Assembly: GCF_000002075.1 (NCBI RefSeq)
Contig: NW_004797358.1
Coordinates: forward strand, 736,539 to 799,871
Reading direction: 5' to 3'
Length of the DNA: 63,333 nt
Source: Aplysia californica
Taxonomy: Eukaryota
The notes beneath the pieces are model-generated. The model was not told where the DNA came from, ran no database searches, and worked only from the letters and a program-made list of their open reading frames with translations. The position numbers and the translations under genes were made by a program. Shown piece by piece: positions 39,476 to 51,109 of this stretch. The first letter of the stretch is position 1, and every line of letters begins with the position of its first letter.

Positions 39476-39741
39476 CTGTCTTGCCCCTTTTCGGTATCTC
39501 ATTCTCCTTGACTCTCTCAGGTTTCACATGGCCTTCCCTTCGTTGTTTTACCCTATGGATTATAGTTCATAGTCCAGTGTTTTCTGTATTTAAGTTTTGT
39601 CAATGAAACTGTCTTGCCCCTTTTCTGTATCTCATTCTCCTTGACTCTCTCAGGTTTCACATGGCCTTCCCTTCGTTGTTTTACCCTGTGGATTATAGTT
39701 CATAGTCCAGTGTTTTCTGTATTTAAGTTTTGTCAATAAAA
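39476..39741. repeat. Tandem duplication, 2 x 133 bp
   Basis: Units start at 39476 and 39609, with few mismatches. Confidence 0.9.
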
Positions 39742-39761
39742 CTGTCTGTGTCTTATTTTAG

Positions 39762-39890
39762 ACTTGAACGAGTGTGAGAGAGGGTCCAGCAATCAGTGCC
39801 AGCAGAACTGTAACAACACAGAGGGAAGCTACACCTGCTACTGTGATCCCGGCTACAAGCAGAACTTGCAGAATCCCTTCTTGTGTGATG
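39762..39890 (+). CDS. EGF-gene exon 23: cbEGF (DLNECERGSSNQCQQNC)
   Basis: tttag|AC ... G|gtaaga; 129 nt. Confidence 0.92.
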
Positions 39891-40636
39891 GTAAGATTGT
39901 CTGTCTGTCTGTACATCTGTCTGTCTATCTGTCTGTCTGCCTGTCCATTCATCTGTCCCTCCATCCCTCTGTCCATCTGTCTGTCTGTCTGTTTGACATC
40001 ATGTTTACAAAGAGTTCCTCAGTGGCCCTTATAGCCTTTTTTTAGACTGTATTTTCTCTTGAAGTAGGGGAGTTGTTAAAAAGAAAAGTATTTTTGTGTG
40101 TCCTCATGAGTTACAGTTACAGCATGAAAAAACTCACAAATGTCACTTGGTGAAGATTCTTTATATAGCTGTTTGAAACAGATCGAACATTGTTTTCTTT
40201 TGTTCTTTCGTGTTGCTTTGAAAATGGATGTTCTTTGTGAATAATCAACCTATTAAAAAAAACAAAGTCACTCTCTCCTTGACAAAATTGTATGAACAAA
40301 ATTCAAAAATTCAAGAGAATCGATTTCTCAAATATCATTGTTTTGTCAAATGAAATACTTCATTGCAATGTTTTATAATAGCAGCTTTAATGCAAGTCAG
40401 AATAATACTGTATATCACTTCTTGCAAGGCATATTTTCGTAACAGAGGGAAGATAAAAGGTTTTTTTGTTAAAGTAAAATGTACCACAACTTACCGTTCA
40501 CTCCCCATTAAATGTTATCTCAAAAGAGGATTTTTTCCTGTTTTTGGAAGAGTCCAGGATGTTTTGTTTTGTAAAACAAAATTTTTGATTTTATCTTTTC
40601 CTAAGAAGAATTCTTCTTGATGTGTTTTCTTCACAG

Positions 40637-40716
40637 AGTGTGCTGAAGGAACTTATGGCCAGGAATGTGCTCTTACTTGCAGCTGTAACCTGACCAACGT
40701 AGCTTCCTGCAACAAG
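40637..40716 (+). CDS. EGF-gene exon 24: first half of MEGF-type EGF (ECAEGTYGQECALTCSC...CNK); last exon of this gene found
   Basis: cacag|AG ... AAG|gtttgg; phase 0, same intron position as exon 19. Confidence 0.88.
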
Positions 40717-41144
40717 GTTTGGTTTTGGACGACATACTTTTATTCTAAATATTTGACTTCTTTTTCACCAATGTACTATATTTTTCGGTTAAAACTCTTC
40801 CAGTTCCACCATTATTATGTATTGGTTTCATTGTGTATCAAATGTACAAAACTGCTTTTCATGGCAATTATTGTGTTTATCATGTGAGAGAGGAAGAGGG
40901 TGTGAGTACGACCATGTTTGTTAATCTGTTTGTACTTTTTTTCATAATCTTTGATGATGTTTTTATTAAGAAAAGAATTCAACTAGAAGTATAAGATTTC
41001 CTTGTTGTGACAGAAGGTTAGTAGTGTTAAATCTTTGTTTTGTGTTCCAAGTAACAACAAGCTATTTCGGCTAGAAATATAGATCTCTAAGCTGGGGCTG
41101 GATTCATCTAGATCTAGAGTCTAGACTAGATTAAGTTGCTAAGT

Positions 41145-43634
41145 ATGGCGGCAAAGATGGTGGCGGCTGTTCGGCCTGATATGGTTTAAACCTTTAGTGG
41201 GGAAGGGGATGTCGAGGCATGGCTTACTAAAGTAGAGTTAGTGGCAAAGTTGACGAACATTGATGATGTCGCGAGCTTCATTCCACTGTATCTGGAGGGG
41301 GGAGCTTTAGCTGTCTATCTGGAGATGGATGCGAAACAGAAGACTGACATTGTGGCCATTAAAAAGAGTCTGCGGGAAGCCTTTGCAGAGAATCAATTTA
41401 CTGCCTATGCAAGGTTAAGGGAGTGTAGATGGGCGGGTGAAGCAGTAGATGTATTTGCTAACGAATTGCAGAGGCTTGCAAGGCTGTGTGGGTTTACTGG
41501 AAATGGCTTAGAGCAGGTGGTGAAGTTAGCATTTATAATGGCAACGGGTTTCCCGGACAATGTTGGATTGGAGTTACAGCAAATCTTTGGAGTTGAGGGT
41601 ATGAGGGTGACCGACCTTATTGGAAGGGCTTGTGTTTTGGCTCAGAATTCCATGGGTGTAGCAGCTCCATCTGTGGAGCCGGCGTCCAGAGGGAAGAAAT
41701 CGAGGGTCAAGTGTTTTCAGTGTGGTGAGCCACATTTTTTACGGGATTGCCAAGAATGGAGACGACGACTTGTTTGTTTCATATGTGGCGAAGAGGGGCA
41801 TATTACCTCTCAGTGCAAGGTCAACGAGTCAAGAGAGCAGGGAGGGGGTGCCAAGAGCGGCAATGGTACAGAGACTGGGACAGCCAGTGCAAGTGGCAAG
41901 TCAACTACTACATCCAAGGGCGGTGTGCGGTGTGTACCGATTATCAGGGTCTACAGCAAAGGCAGGCGGCTTTGTGCGCTCGTGGACACTGGGTGTTCTT
42001 ATACAATGATCAGGTCCCGGTTTGTGAATGACTGGAAAGGGGAGGTGTACACCAAAGCAGTCGACGGGAGGATAGTTAAATGTAAGGGAACTGCTCCAGT
42101 TGAACTTGAGATCGCTGGAGAGTGTGTTGAAGCCCAAGCCACTGTGGTTGATGATATCGTTGGTAGTATCGACGTAGTGATTGGAATGGATGTCATAGAG
42201 AAGCTTGGAGGGGTGAATGTTAGCGACAAAACTGTACAGTTTGGGAAGGTGGCGTGCGCTGTCGTGGGTGGGTCTCCAGCACAGGTAACGCAGAGGCCCG
42301 ATGGACTTACCATCCAGGACAAAGATTTTGAGGCAACCTTCGATGGGAATGTATGGACAGTTAGGTACTTTTGGAAGTACGTTTGTGCCCCAGAGTTGAG
42401 GAACAAGGTTGCCATGTATGACAGTGGAATGCAGGGAGCAACGAGGGAGCTTTTCAACAAAGAAGTTGAAAAATGGATTGAGGACGGAATACTGCTGCCA
42501 TGGGATGGGGAGGTGGACGGAATTATCCCGTTGATGGCGGTCGAGCAGCCTACGAAAAACAAAGTCCGGCCAGTCCTAGACTTCCGTGAGCTGAACAAGT
42601 ACGTAGAGTGCCACACAGGAGATGAACTTATTGATGTTTGTGCAGACAGGATGCGAGAGTGGCGGAAGATTGAAGGGGAGCCAGAGATTGTGGACCTTAG
42701 CGCTGCATACTTACAACTTTGTGTCAGTCCAGATCTCTGGAAGCATCAGTTGGTGCAGTACAAGGGGAAAATTTATTGCTTGACAAGGGTAGGATTCGGC
42801 CTGAATTCCGCTCCAAGAATCATGACAAAGGTGTTAAAGACGGTGTTGGAACAGTCTCCTCGGATAGATAGAGCCACTAGCTCTTTTATTGATGACATTC
42901 TTGTGGACGTGTCGCAGCTGAGAGCAGGAGAAGTAATTTTGCATTTGGCGAGATACTGGTTACTGGCAAAGCCAGCCATGGAGCTAGAAGGGGGAGCAGC
43001 GTTGGGTCTGAAGCTCTCACGAGGCGCAGATGGGATGCTGGTATTCGGACGAAACAGTGACGTTCCAGTGGTGGGCTGCAAATTAAGTAAGAGGGAGCTT
43101 TTCTCAATCTGTGGAAAACTGGTGGGTCACTACCCGGTGGCTGGCTGGCTGCGGATAGCCTGCAGTTTCATCGAACGGCATTCAGAAGGGGATAAGTGGA
43201 ATGATTACATTGGCGACAGAGCCCAGCTGATGATTGAAGAGGTAGTTGATTGCATTCGAAAGGAAGATCCAGTGCGAGGGAGGTGGGGAGTTAGGTCAGC
43301 GAAGGAAGGGGTGGTGTGGTGTGACGCCAGCAGCTTGGGCATGGGAGTCGTGGTGGAAATTGATGGTGTCATTGTTGAGGATGGGGCTTGGATGAGGAAG
43401 AATGACGATTATCACCACATTAATGTGGCGGAACTGGAGGCCGTGTTAAAGGGTGTCAATCTAGGGATTAAGTGGGGTCTGGAGACTATTACAGTGGTCA
43501 CAGATTCAGCAACCTTTAGTGGGTGGATCCAGTTGACGATGTCGGGGGAGAAACGTGTGAGAACATGTGGCGCAGCAGAGATTTTGGTAAAGCGGAGACT
43601 TGGGACACTGAAGACTCTCATAGAAATAGAAGAA
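41145..43634 (+). pseudogene. Gypsy gag-pol ORF with an early in-frame stop (TAA at 41187-41189)
   Basis: ATG at 41145 is in frame with ORF 41241 (MAAKMVAAVRPDMV*TFSGEGDVEAWLTKVELVAKL...). Confidence 0.85.
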
Positions 43635-43735
43635 NNNNNNNNNNNNNNNNNNNNNNNNNNNNNNNNNNNNNNNNNNNNNNNNNNNNNNNNNNNNNNNNNN
43701 NNNNNNNNNNNNNNNNNNNNNNNNNNNNNNNNNNC

Positions 43736-43787
<52 letters not shown>

Positions 43788-43927
43788 GCAGCAACAGCTG
43801 TGGTCTATTTGGTTGTTTTTGGTTGTGGCAGGGGGTTAGGCCTAGCCTATTGTATTGTTTGGCTGAAAGTGTGAGAGTGAGTAAAGTGTGAGTCTGTGTT
43901 CAGTTGTATTGTTTGCAAGTTTATAAA

Positions 43928-44975
43928 AGCTGATGATTGAAGAGGTAGTTGATTGCATTCAAAAGGAAGATCCAGTGCGAGAGAGGTGGGGAGTTAGGTC
44001 AGCGAAGGAAGGGGTGGTGTGGTGTGACGCCAGCAGCTTGGGCATGGGAGTCGTGGTGGAAATTGATGGTGTCATTGTTGAGGATGGGGCTTGGATGAGG
44101 AAGAATGACGATTATCACCACATTAATGTGGCGGAACTGGAGGCCGTGTTAAAGGGTGTCAATCTAGGGATTAAGTGGGGTCTGGAGACTATTACAGTGG
44201 TCACAGATTCAGCAACCGTTAGTGGGTGGATCCAGTTGACGATGTCGGGGGAGAAACGTGTGAGAACATGTGGCGCAGCAGAGATTTTGGTAAAGCGGAG
44301 ACTTGGGACACTGAAGACTCTCATAGAAATAGAAGAATTAGGGATACAGGTCCAGATCCGACTCGTGCCTTCAAAGGACAACAAGGTTGACTCTTTCACT
44401 AGAGTAAAGAAAGAGTGGTTGGCTCAAACCAGCAAACCAGAAACGAGTAAGAAGAGAGCTGTGATCGGCGCTGCAACAAGTACCGTTGTCATGGACATGC
44501 ATAACCAGCACCACATGGGGGTTGAACGGTCATGGTATCTGGCTAAGGAAGTTGATCCGACAATAACAAAGGAGCAAGTGAAGAATTGTGAGAGATGTCA
44601 GTCGATAGACTCTGCTCCATTACAACACGAAACTGGGGGTTTGGAGGTTAGCACAGTCTGGGAGAGGCTTGCAGTGGACGTTACTCATTTTCACAATATA
44701 CCTTACCTTACCTTACTATGGTGGACTGTGGTCCTGGGAGGTTCACCATTTGGCGGCAACTCAGAAGTGAAACAGCGCAGTGTATAGTGGCGGAGTTGGA
44801 TCAGGTATTTTGCGAACGGGGTCCAGTTAGGGAACTTCTTTTGGATAACGCAACAGCCTTTAAATCAGAATTGTTTGCTCAGTTTTTTGAGGGATGGAAT
44901 GTGCAACCTTACTACAGAGCAGCATATAGACCTAGTGGGAATGGTATTGTCGAACGGAATCACCGGTTCCATTAA
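43928..44975 (+). pseudogene. Second Gypsy RNase H copy plus frameshifted integrase
   Basis: Repeats 43225-43634 with 3 visible differences; continues as HNQHH...CERC, LAVD, LLDNA, GIVER with a frameshift near 44715. Confidence 0.85.
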
Positions 44976-46175
44976 NNNNNNNNNNNNNNNNNNNNNNNNN
45001 NNNNNNNNNNNNNNNNNNNNNNNNNNNNNNNNNNNNNNNNNNNNNNNNNNNNNNNNNNNNNNNNNNNNNNNNNNNNNNNNNNNNNNNNNNNNNNNNNNNN
45101 NNNNNNNNNNNNNNNNNNNNNNNNNNNNNNNNNNNNNNNNNNNNNNNNNNNNNNNNNNNNNNNNNNNNNNNNNNNNNNNNNNNNNNNNNNNNNNNNNNNN
45201 NNNNNNNNNNNNNNNNNNNNNNNNNNNNNNNNNNNNNNNNNNNNNNNNNNNNNNNNNNNNNNNNNNNNNNNNNNNNNNNNNNNNNNNNNNNNNNNNNNNN
45301 NNNNNNNNNNNNNNNNNNNNNNNNNNNNNNNNNNNNNNNNNNNNNNNNNNNNNNNNNNNNNNNNNNNNNNNNNNNNNNNNNNNNNNNNNNNNNNNNNNNN
45401 NNNNNNNNNNNNNNNNNNNNNNNNNNNNNNNNNNNNNNNNNNNNNNNNNNNNNNNNNNNNNNNNNNNNNNNNNNNNNNNNNNNNNNNNNNNNNNNNNNNN
45501 NNNNNNNNNNNNNNNNNNNNNNNNNNNNNNNNNNNNNNNNNNNNNNNNNNNNNNNNNNNNNNNNNNNNNNNNNNNNNNNNNNNNNNNNNNNNNNNNNNNN
45601 NNNNNNNNNNNNNNNNNNNNNNNNNNNNNNNNNNNNNNNNNNNNNNNNNNNNNNNNNNNNNNNNNNNNNNNNNNNNNNNNNNNNNNNNNNNNNNNNNNNN
45701 NNNNNNNNNNNNNNNNNNNNNNNNNNNNNNNNNNNNNNNNNNNNNNNNNNNNNNNNNNNNNNNNNNNNNNNNNNNNNNNNNNNNNNNNNNNNNNNNNNNN
45801 NNNNNNNNNNNNNNNNNNNNNNNNNNNNNNNNNNNNNNNNNNNNNNNNNNNNNNNNNNNNNNNNNNNNNNNNNNNNNNNNNNNNNNNNNNNNNNNNNNNN
45901 NNNNNNNNNNNNNNNNNNNNNNNNNNNNNNNNNNNNNNNNNNNNNNNNNNNNNNNNNNNNNNNNNNNNNNNNNNAACAGGTTAGGCTAATTTCTGTTATA
46001 GTGGCATGTGACAGAAGGTTAGTAGTGTAAAATCTTTGTTTTATGTTCCAAGTAACAACAATCTGTGTAGCTCCTGCCAGGTATAGTATACGTATGTCCA
46101 TTCAGTTTGTCAAAGAGTTGTCTTCACTTGTGAAATATAGTCATTAAAGTATTTTTTTAAACTCTGGATTCTCAG

Positions 46176-46694
46176 GATTTCTTGCCCAGTAACAAGTCTG
46201 CTCTTTTGTTGCAAGAATTCAAGTCTCCAGAACATCTGGCTATGGTCATTAAGAATTTGAACGAGAATGAAGTGGAATATGAGAAGCTTCGAAAGTGGAA
46301 GACTTCTGGAATATCTAACACATTCTTGTTCGACACCATGAGCTCCCGGACTTGGGCCCCTGATGATGAAGAAAACTGGATCCCTGGCCACACAAACTTT
46401 GTGGAAGGATTTGAATGTTATGTATGCAATAAAGTCCATGACAACATGAAGAGACAACATAATGGTCAAAACATTAAAAAACAGTGGGGGAAAAAATCTC
46501 ATTATGGTTGTCCAAGACCAGCAAAGTTTGATGAATTTGGTCGTTATGGAAAAGCTCCAGGTTGGTTGGACTTTTGGAGTAGTCAGTGGGAACAGCACGG
46601 TGCAATGGCTGGTAATCTCAAGCAGTGTGTGCTCCAAGGAAAGACTGACTGTAAAGAAGACACTGTGGGTAGCAAAGCAAAAGGAGACTTTTAG
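46176..46694 (+). CDS. FUT10: Terminal coding exon of an alpha-1,3-fucosyltransferase 10/11-family (GT10) gene, FUT10-like
   Basis: DFLPSNKSALLLQEFKSPEHLA...WKTSGISN...NFVEGFECYVCNKV...HYGCPRP resembles the FUT10 C-terminus as I recall it (DWLPSNKSA...FEC.VC...HLSCPEP); acceptor ctcag|GAT, phase 0; stop TAG. Confidence 0.85.
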   Translation, partial: DFLPSNKSALLLQEFKSPEHLAMVIKNLNENEVEYEKLRKWKTSGISNTFLFDTMSSRTWAPDDEENWIPGHTNFVEGFECYVCNKVHDNMKRQHNGQNIKKQWGKKSHYGCPRPAKFDEFGRYGKAPGWLDFWSSQWEQHGAMAGNLKQCVLQGKTDCKEDTVGSKAKGDF

Positions 46695-47739
46695 CCCATT
46701 CTTCTCGTTATACATGTACATGTATGTCTTTGTTTGTTATCATTCTTTCTCCCACATCTTCCCATGGGTGGACTGAGCCATGAAAACAAGTCTCTTTGTG
46801 ATTGATGTGTGTTATCACATTTTTTGTTTTGTTTTGTTTTTTGTTTTTTTACAACCAATGTCTCCTCATCTGTTTGACATTTTTTCTTGCCATGTCATTG
46901 TGACTCTATGTTGGTGTTAATGAGTTTAGTTTTTGATTTATCTGAAGGTCTTAATTAGTCAAAGGGTTTTTGTTAAAAACCATTTGCTTAAAGTTTTAAA
47001 AGTAAAAATTGGGAGTTTTAATGAGCAGTAAAACTAACGCTTTACTTACTCTTGAAATACTTGCTTGTAGTTGGGAAAGAAATATGAAGATTTATTTAGA
47101 TATATATATATTTTGTGCATATCGACATGTATAACCACATTATTTTGTGTGGCTGTGTGTGTCTTGGTGTTTGTAGAATTTTTGTTGGTTTGGTTTTGTT
47201 TATGTGTATTGTGGCATTTTTCCTTTTGTTTGTTTGTTTGTTGTTTGTTTATTGTTTGTTTTTTGTGTTTTTTAGAAATTATTTTTTGGGATTGGCATAG
47301 GGGTAAAAGTGAGGAATATGAAGATTAAAAGTACATGTGGGATTGAAAGATCTTTTTTTTTTTCATTGAGCAATCATGATTCTTGGCTGGGTTGAAGCAT
47401 GCTATTGGTCAAAGAAAAAAATTAAAATGTTTTATATTTTAGTGCAATATTTTTGCAAGGGTTGCAACATTCACAACTCTTTTATGATGAAACCAAAGCT
47501 TTTATGTGCGCTGATGCATGTGATATGTACAATCAGATTGCTTTTAAGAATATTTTCTCGCTCTCCCTCCCTGGTTGTTTGAAATGAGAGGGAGTCTTTG
47601 TTCTGCATGTTTAGTTGTAGTTATTTCTGCAGAAATATCGTCAGTATTGTTGATGAACATGTGTCAATCAATAATTCAGAAAAGATGCACTCGCTTTAAG
47701 GAAATGATCTCTAAAAATGCATCGACCCACTCCGTTCAG

Positions 47740-47964
47740 GGTGGCATCGGTAACCAAGTGGTTAGGCTGCCAGAGCCATAATCAGGAGATTGCGGATTCG
47801 TGGGTGTGAGCCTCAGCTCAGGCCGACATTGTGTCCTTGGGAAAGGCATGTTACACGAATTTCTTATTTGGCTTGTTCCTTTCGGGGGATGGAAATTAAA
47901 CTCGGAGGTCTTGCCTCTTAAATAACCTAATTGTGTTGATAGGGGTGTTAAACCTACACCATTT
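47740..47964 (+). mobile_element. tRNA-headed SINE family 2 with a CORE-like segment
   Basis: 12-bp TSD cactccgttcag (47728-47739, 47965-47976); tgtgtccttgggaaaggca core-like motif; related fragments at about 7765-7845 and 8408-8500. Confidence 0.8.
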
Positions 47965-50900
47965 CACTCCGTTCAGTTTCTTTTTGCAGCAAAGTATTCA
48001 GTATTTTGATTTGTAGGAAAGAGTTCAGTATGTCCTGAGTACAGCCCTAAAACCATTTCAAAGTAGAATAAATCATTAGCAGTTCATTTTGCTTTTAGTT
48101 TCCTTTTTCTTATTCAAGATTGTGTTCATAATTATATGATCTCATCAAGCCTGAATGAACTGGGTTTTTTTTTCCCCCCTACTCTTATTTTGTGTTTATG
48201 CAGTGATACTTGTCCGAAATAACCTTTATATATGGGCAATTTTCAATTTCATAGTGTATTCTGATGTACTACGCATCGTACAAAAAATAAAGCCAATTAG
48301 CAACACTTCTGTTGGTATCCTGTATTTTAAACTTTACTTCTATTTTCATTTTCCAAATATAAATGAAATGTTGAGCAATAGTAATGATGGATAAAGTTTC
48401 TATCTTGTCATTTAATTAGTAATGTAGTTATTTTGTATAAAAGACATGTTTTTACATGCCTCATTTTCAATGTTTTGCAACACAAGTGCTCATAGTTTTA
48501 TTAGATACTTCCGTGAGTTTGAGCCAGCAACAGAGTTGTGTTGGGGTTTTTTTAAGTTAAAAAAAAAAAAAATTTTCCCCAGACCACAAAAAAATAAAAG
48601 TCAGTTTATTCTATTCTATGAAATGCCCTTTCATGTTTGCACATTGTAAAGAGAGAGGTGTTATAATTGCTTATTTGTCTTCTTTTTATTTTGCTAATCG
48701 GGGTACATTTTATAAACGTTTCTTGCCCATTTTTTTGTTTAAAGGGACAGTTAGAGGGCAAATCTCTCTTTACTATTCGCTTTGTATAGTGCTAACAAAA
48801 CAGTAACAGTATTGTCCAGACTGACATTATGAATAAGTAAGGAACCGGTTTTAAAAATGCTGTTCATCTGGGTTTTTTTATTACCTTCGAATCTTCAAAA
48901 GCGCCCTGGCGGACACCCTATCTACGGGATAGGTGAAAGGTGAAGGTGTGCAACTTAAAGATGGATTTTCTTATTGAGAGATTCTAAAACTTCAAATTGG
49001 TCTCTTGCTCATGTGTTCAGTCAACCTGAGAATATTTTTGTTTATAAATAACCATTACATGTTTTGCATCAAGATATCACCTTTTTATTGCCAGTCTGGT
49101 GATTTACTCAGTGATTTATTTCTTTTTCATAGAGAGCAAAAGTGTTTCCAGCTTTTTCTCTTTTCAAATGTGAGTTTGGATCTGTAACATGTATGGCACT
49201 AGACGTTTGAATTTCACTTTTTTTTTTCTTTAATTGAGTTACTTATCCCAACTGTTATATTTTTTTCTTGAAATACGAAAATGCATTTAGATAGCCTCTC
49301 TCATAGGAGAAAACTCTTTCAGTGCTGTTGGATCTGTAAAGTTCAAGGTCTTCTGCTTGAACACGAGTTTTCCCACAAGCAAGATAGAATCATCATTACT
49401 TTCTTCATTGTCACTGTAATTCCAAACCAAACATTGTATTAAGTATCCATGAATCATCTGCTGGTGCTAAATTCTTTCTTGACTACCCATGAATTACTTC
49501 AGTGTGGTCAGTGAATTGCTCTTTTTCTTACTCATTACTCTTTACTCAGTGCCATCACAGACATGAAATCTACTCAGAACTGCTAGTCAGAGCTAGGAGC
49601 AGAACTGACAGGGCAATCAGACAGCAGGAGATTCCCCTTCTGGCTTGTATTTTGACGCTGTACATGGCATTGCTTCAGAAAAATTATTAAGTCCTCAGAG
49701 TCGGAGCAGTCTATAGTTAAGCAGGCCTACACTTTGGACAAAGTAATGCTGAGGCGACAATGTGTCAGGCTATGTGCTGATCATGGCTTCTGGGTGCTCT
49801 CCTGCTGTGTTTCTCCCTAGTGTAAATGAGATTCGAGCCAGAAATATTTGAGGGATGGAGATGCTTTTTAGTCTGGAGTGGTCAAAACCATATTATTATT
49901 TTATATACGGACTTTGGCAAAAGATTTTTGCTGAGTGTGGCCAGGTTTGTGAGAAAGTTTGTTTCCATTTCTTTTCAACACATCGAAGATATTTGTCCTG
50001 CTTTGTTGAATATCATTGAGAGAATGAGCAAGATGTTGTCTTAGTGAGTAATAATTCATTCTGGCATTTGAACTGATATTGTATCGTCATTAAGTAAGCA
50101 TATTCTTGCTTGAGATGGACATTGCAGTTTACTGCACTTGTTTTCACTGATGATAATGTATTATTATGAGTATATAGAGTGATCTGGAAAATCCACGGGC
50201 TAATATGATAAACAATACTTTGCAACACACATGCAAACTTGTGTAACATTAATTTATACCACTAAGTCAAAATTAATAATACTGAAATCTGAGAAACCTA
50301 GGTGCACTTTATGAATGGAAATTTTACTTCTATATTTATGGTTTCTTTTTTTTTAATTCTTTAATGCTAATAAACATGTATTACTCGTAGTACTCAAAGA
50401 ATAAGACTCTGGAACTTGTATAGTGTAAGTTTATGTGCTTTTGCCAAATAAAAATGGCTTTTAAAAGATTTTTTAAAATGTCATCCTCTACATATTGGCT
50501 GGTGGTAGGCTCTTCTGAAAGCTTTGACTTCATTGTGTATATATATCTATATATTGCATGTACATTACATGCATTTCAATTCCTTTTTCAGTACGTTTTT
50601 CCCCTTGCGCCAGCACTTTCTTGCTACTGTACCAAAGAACAAGGATGTGTGTTTCTTTTATGATGACACAGCAATGCATTTTGCTTTCAATAAATAATTT
50701 TGATGTTTATATATTTCTTGGTGACGGGCTTGTCTTATTGTATATCCTCAACAGCAAGCACTTAAAATGCACCAAGCCAGAAGCAAAATCTTACAGGAGA
50801 AACTAAACTTTCATCTTTTAATAACTTTGTAATGCACTATTTATTTTTTTCTTACTGTGTTCAACCTTTAGACACTGAATTTCAACCAAATTTTTCTTGG

Positions 50901-51109
50901 AGCACATGGAACGGTTAATACACATGAAAACAAATTTTATGCAAATTATATTTTAATAGCTGCCCAATTATATAATACCTCTTATCGAGTGGTTTTAAAA
51001 AAGAAATTAGAAAAAAGTTTTTTAGCTCTTGCAACACAAATAGGTTAAATAAGTGCCGAAGATTAGAGTGGTTGCTTGAAAATGTGAGAAAAAGGAGGGG
51101 AAGGGGGTG

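Larger units (their letters stand above)
1..40716 (+). other. Partial multi-exon gene (24 exons seen): cadherin-like domain plus tandem cbEGF/EGF/MEGF-type EGF array; fibrillin-/MEGF6-/mucin-like extracellular protein
   Basis: All exons listed below have AG/GT boundaries and join in one open frame (phases checked from exon lengths). Repeated D(I/V)(D/N)EC...C.NT.G.(F/Y).C.C..G motifs and C..G.YG..C...C.C motifs. Confidence 0.9.
41003..46060 (+). mobile_element. Defective Ty3/Gypsy LTR retrotransposon (gag-PR-RT-RH-IN), spanning two gaps
   Basis: Two CCHC knuckles, ALVDTG protease, FIDD RT, WCDAS RNase H, HHCC and D,D,E integrase after RNase H; 54-bp LTR 3' end (...AACAACA) at 41006-41059 and 46007-46060. 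Confidence 0.92.

Noticed and set aside
1-40716. Calling the gene fibrillin, Notch or MEGF6
   Set aside because: No TB, LNR, ankyrin or EMI domain is visible and the domain order differs, so no symbol was assigned.
44875-46101. Long ORFs of 298-402 aa here and at 59.7-60.9 kb
   Set aside because: Artefacts of translating N runs.
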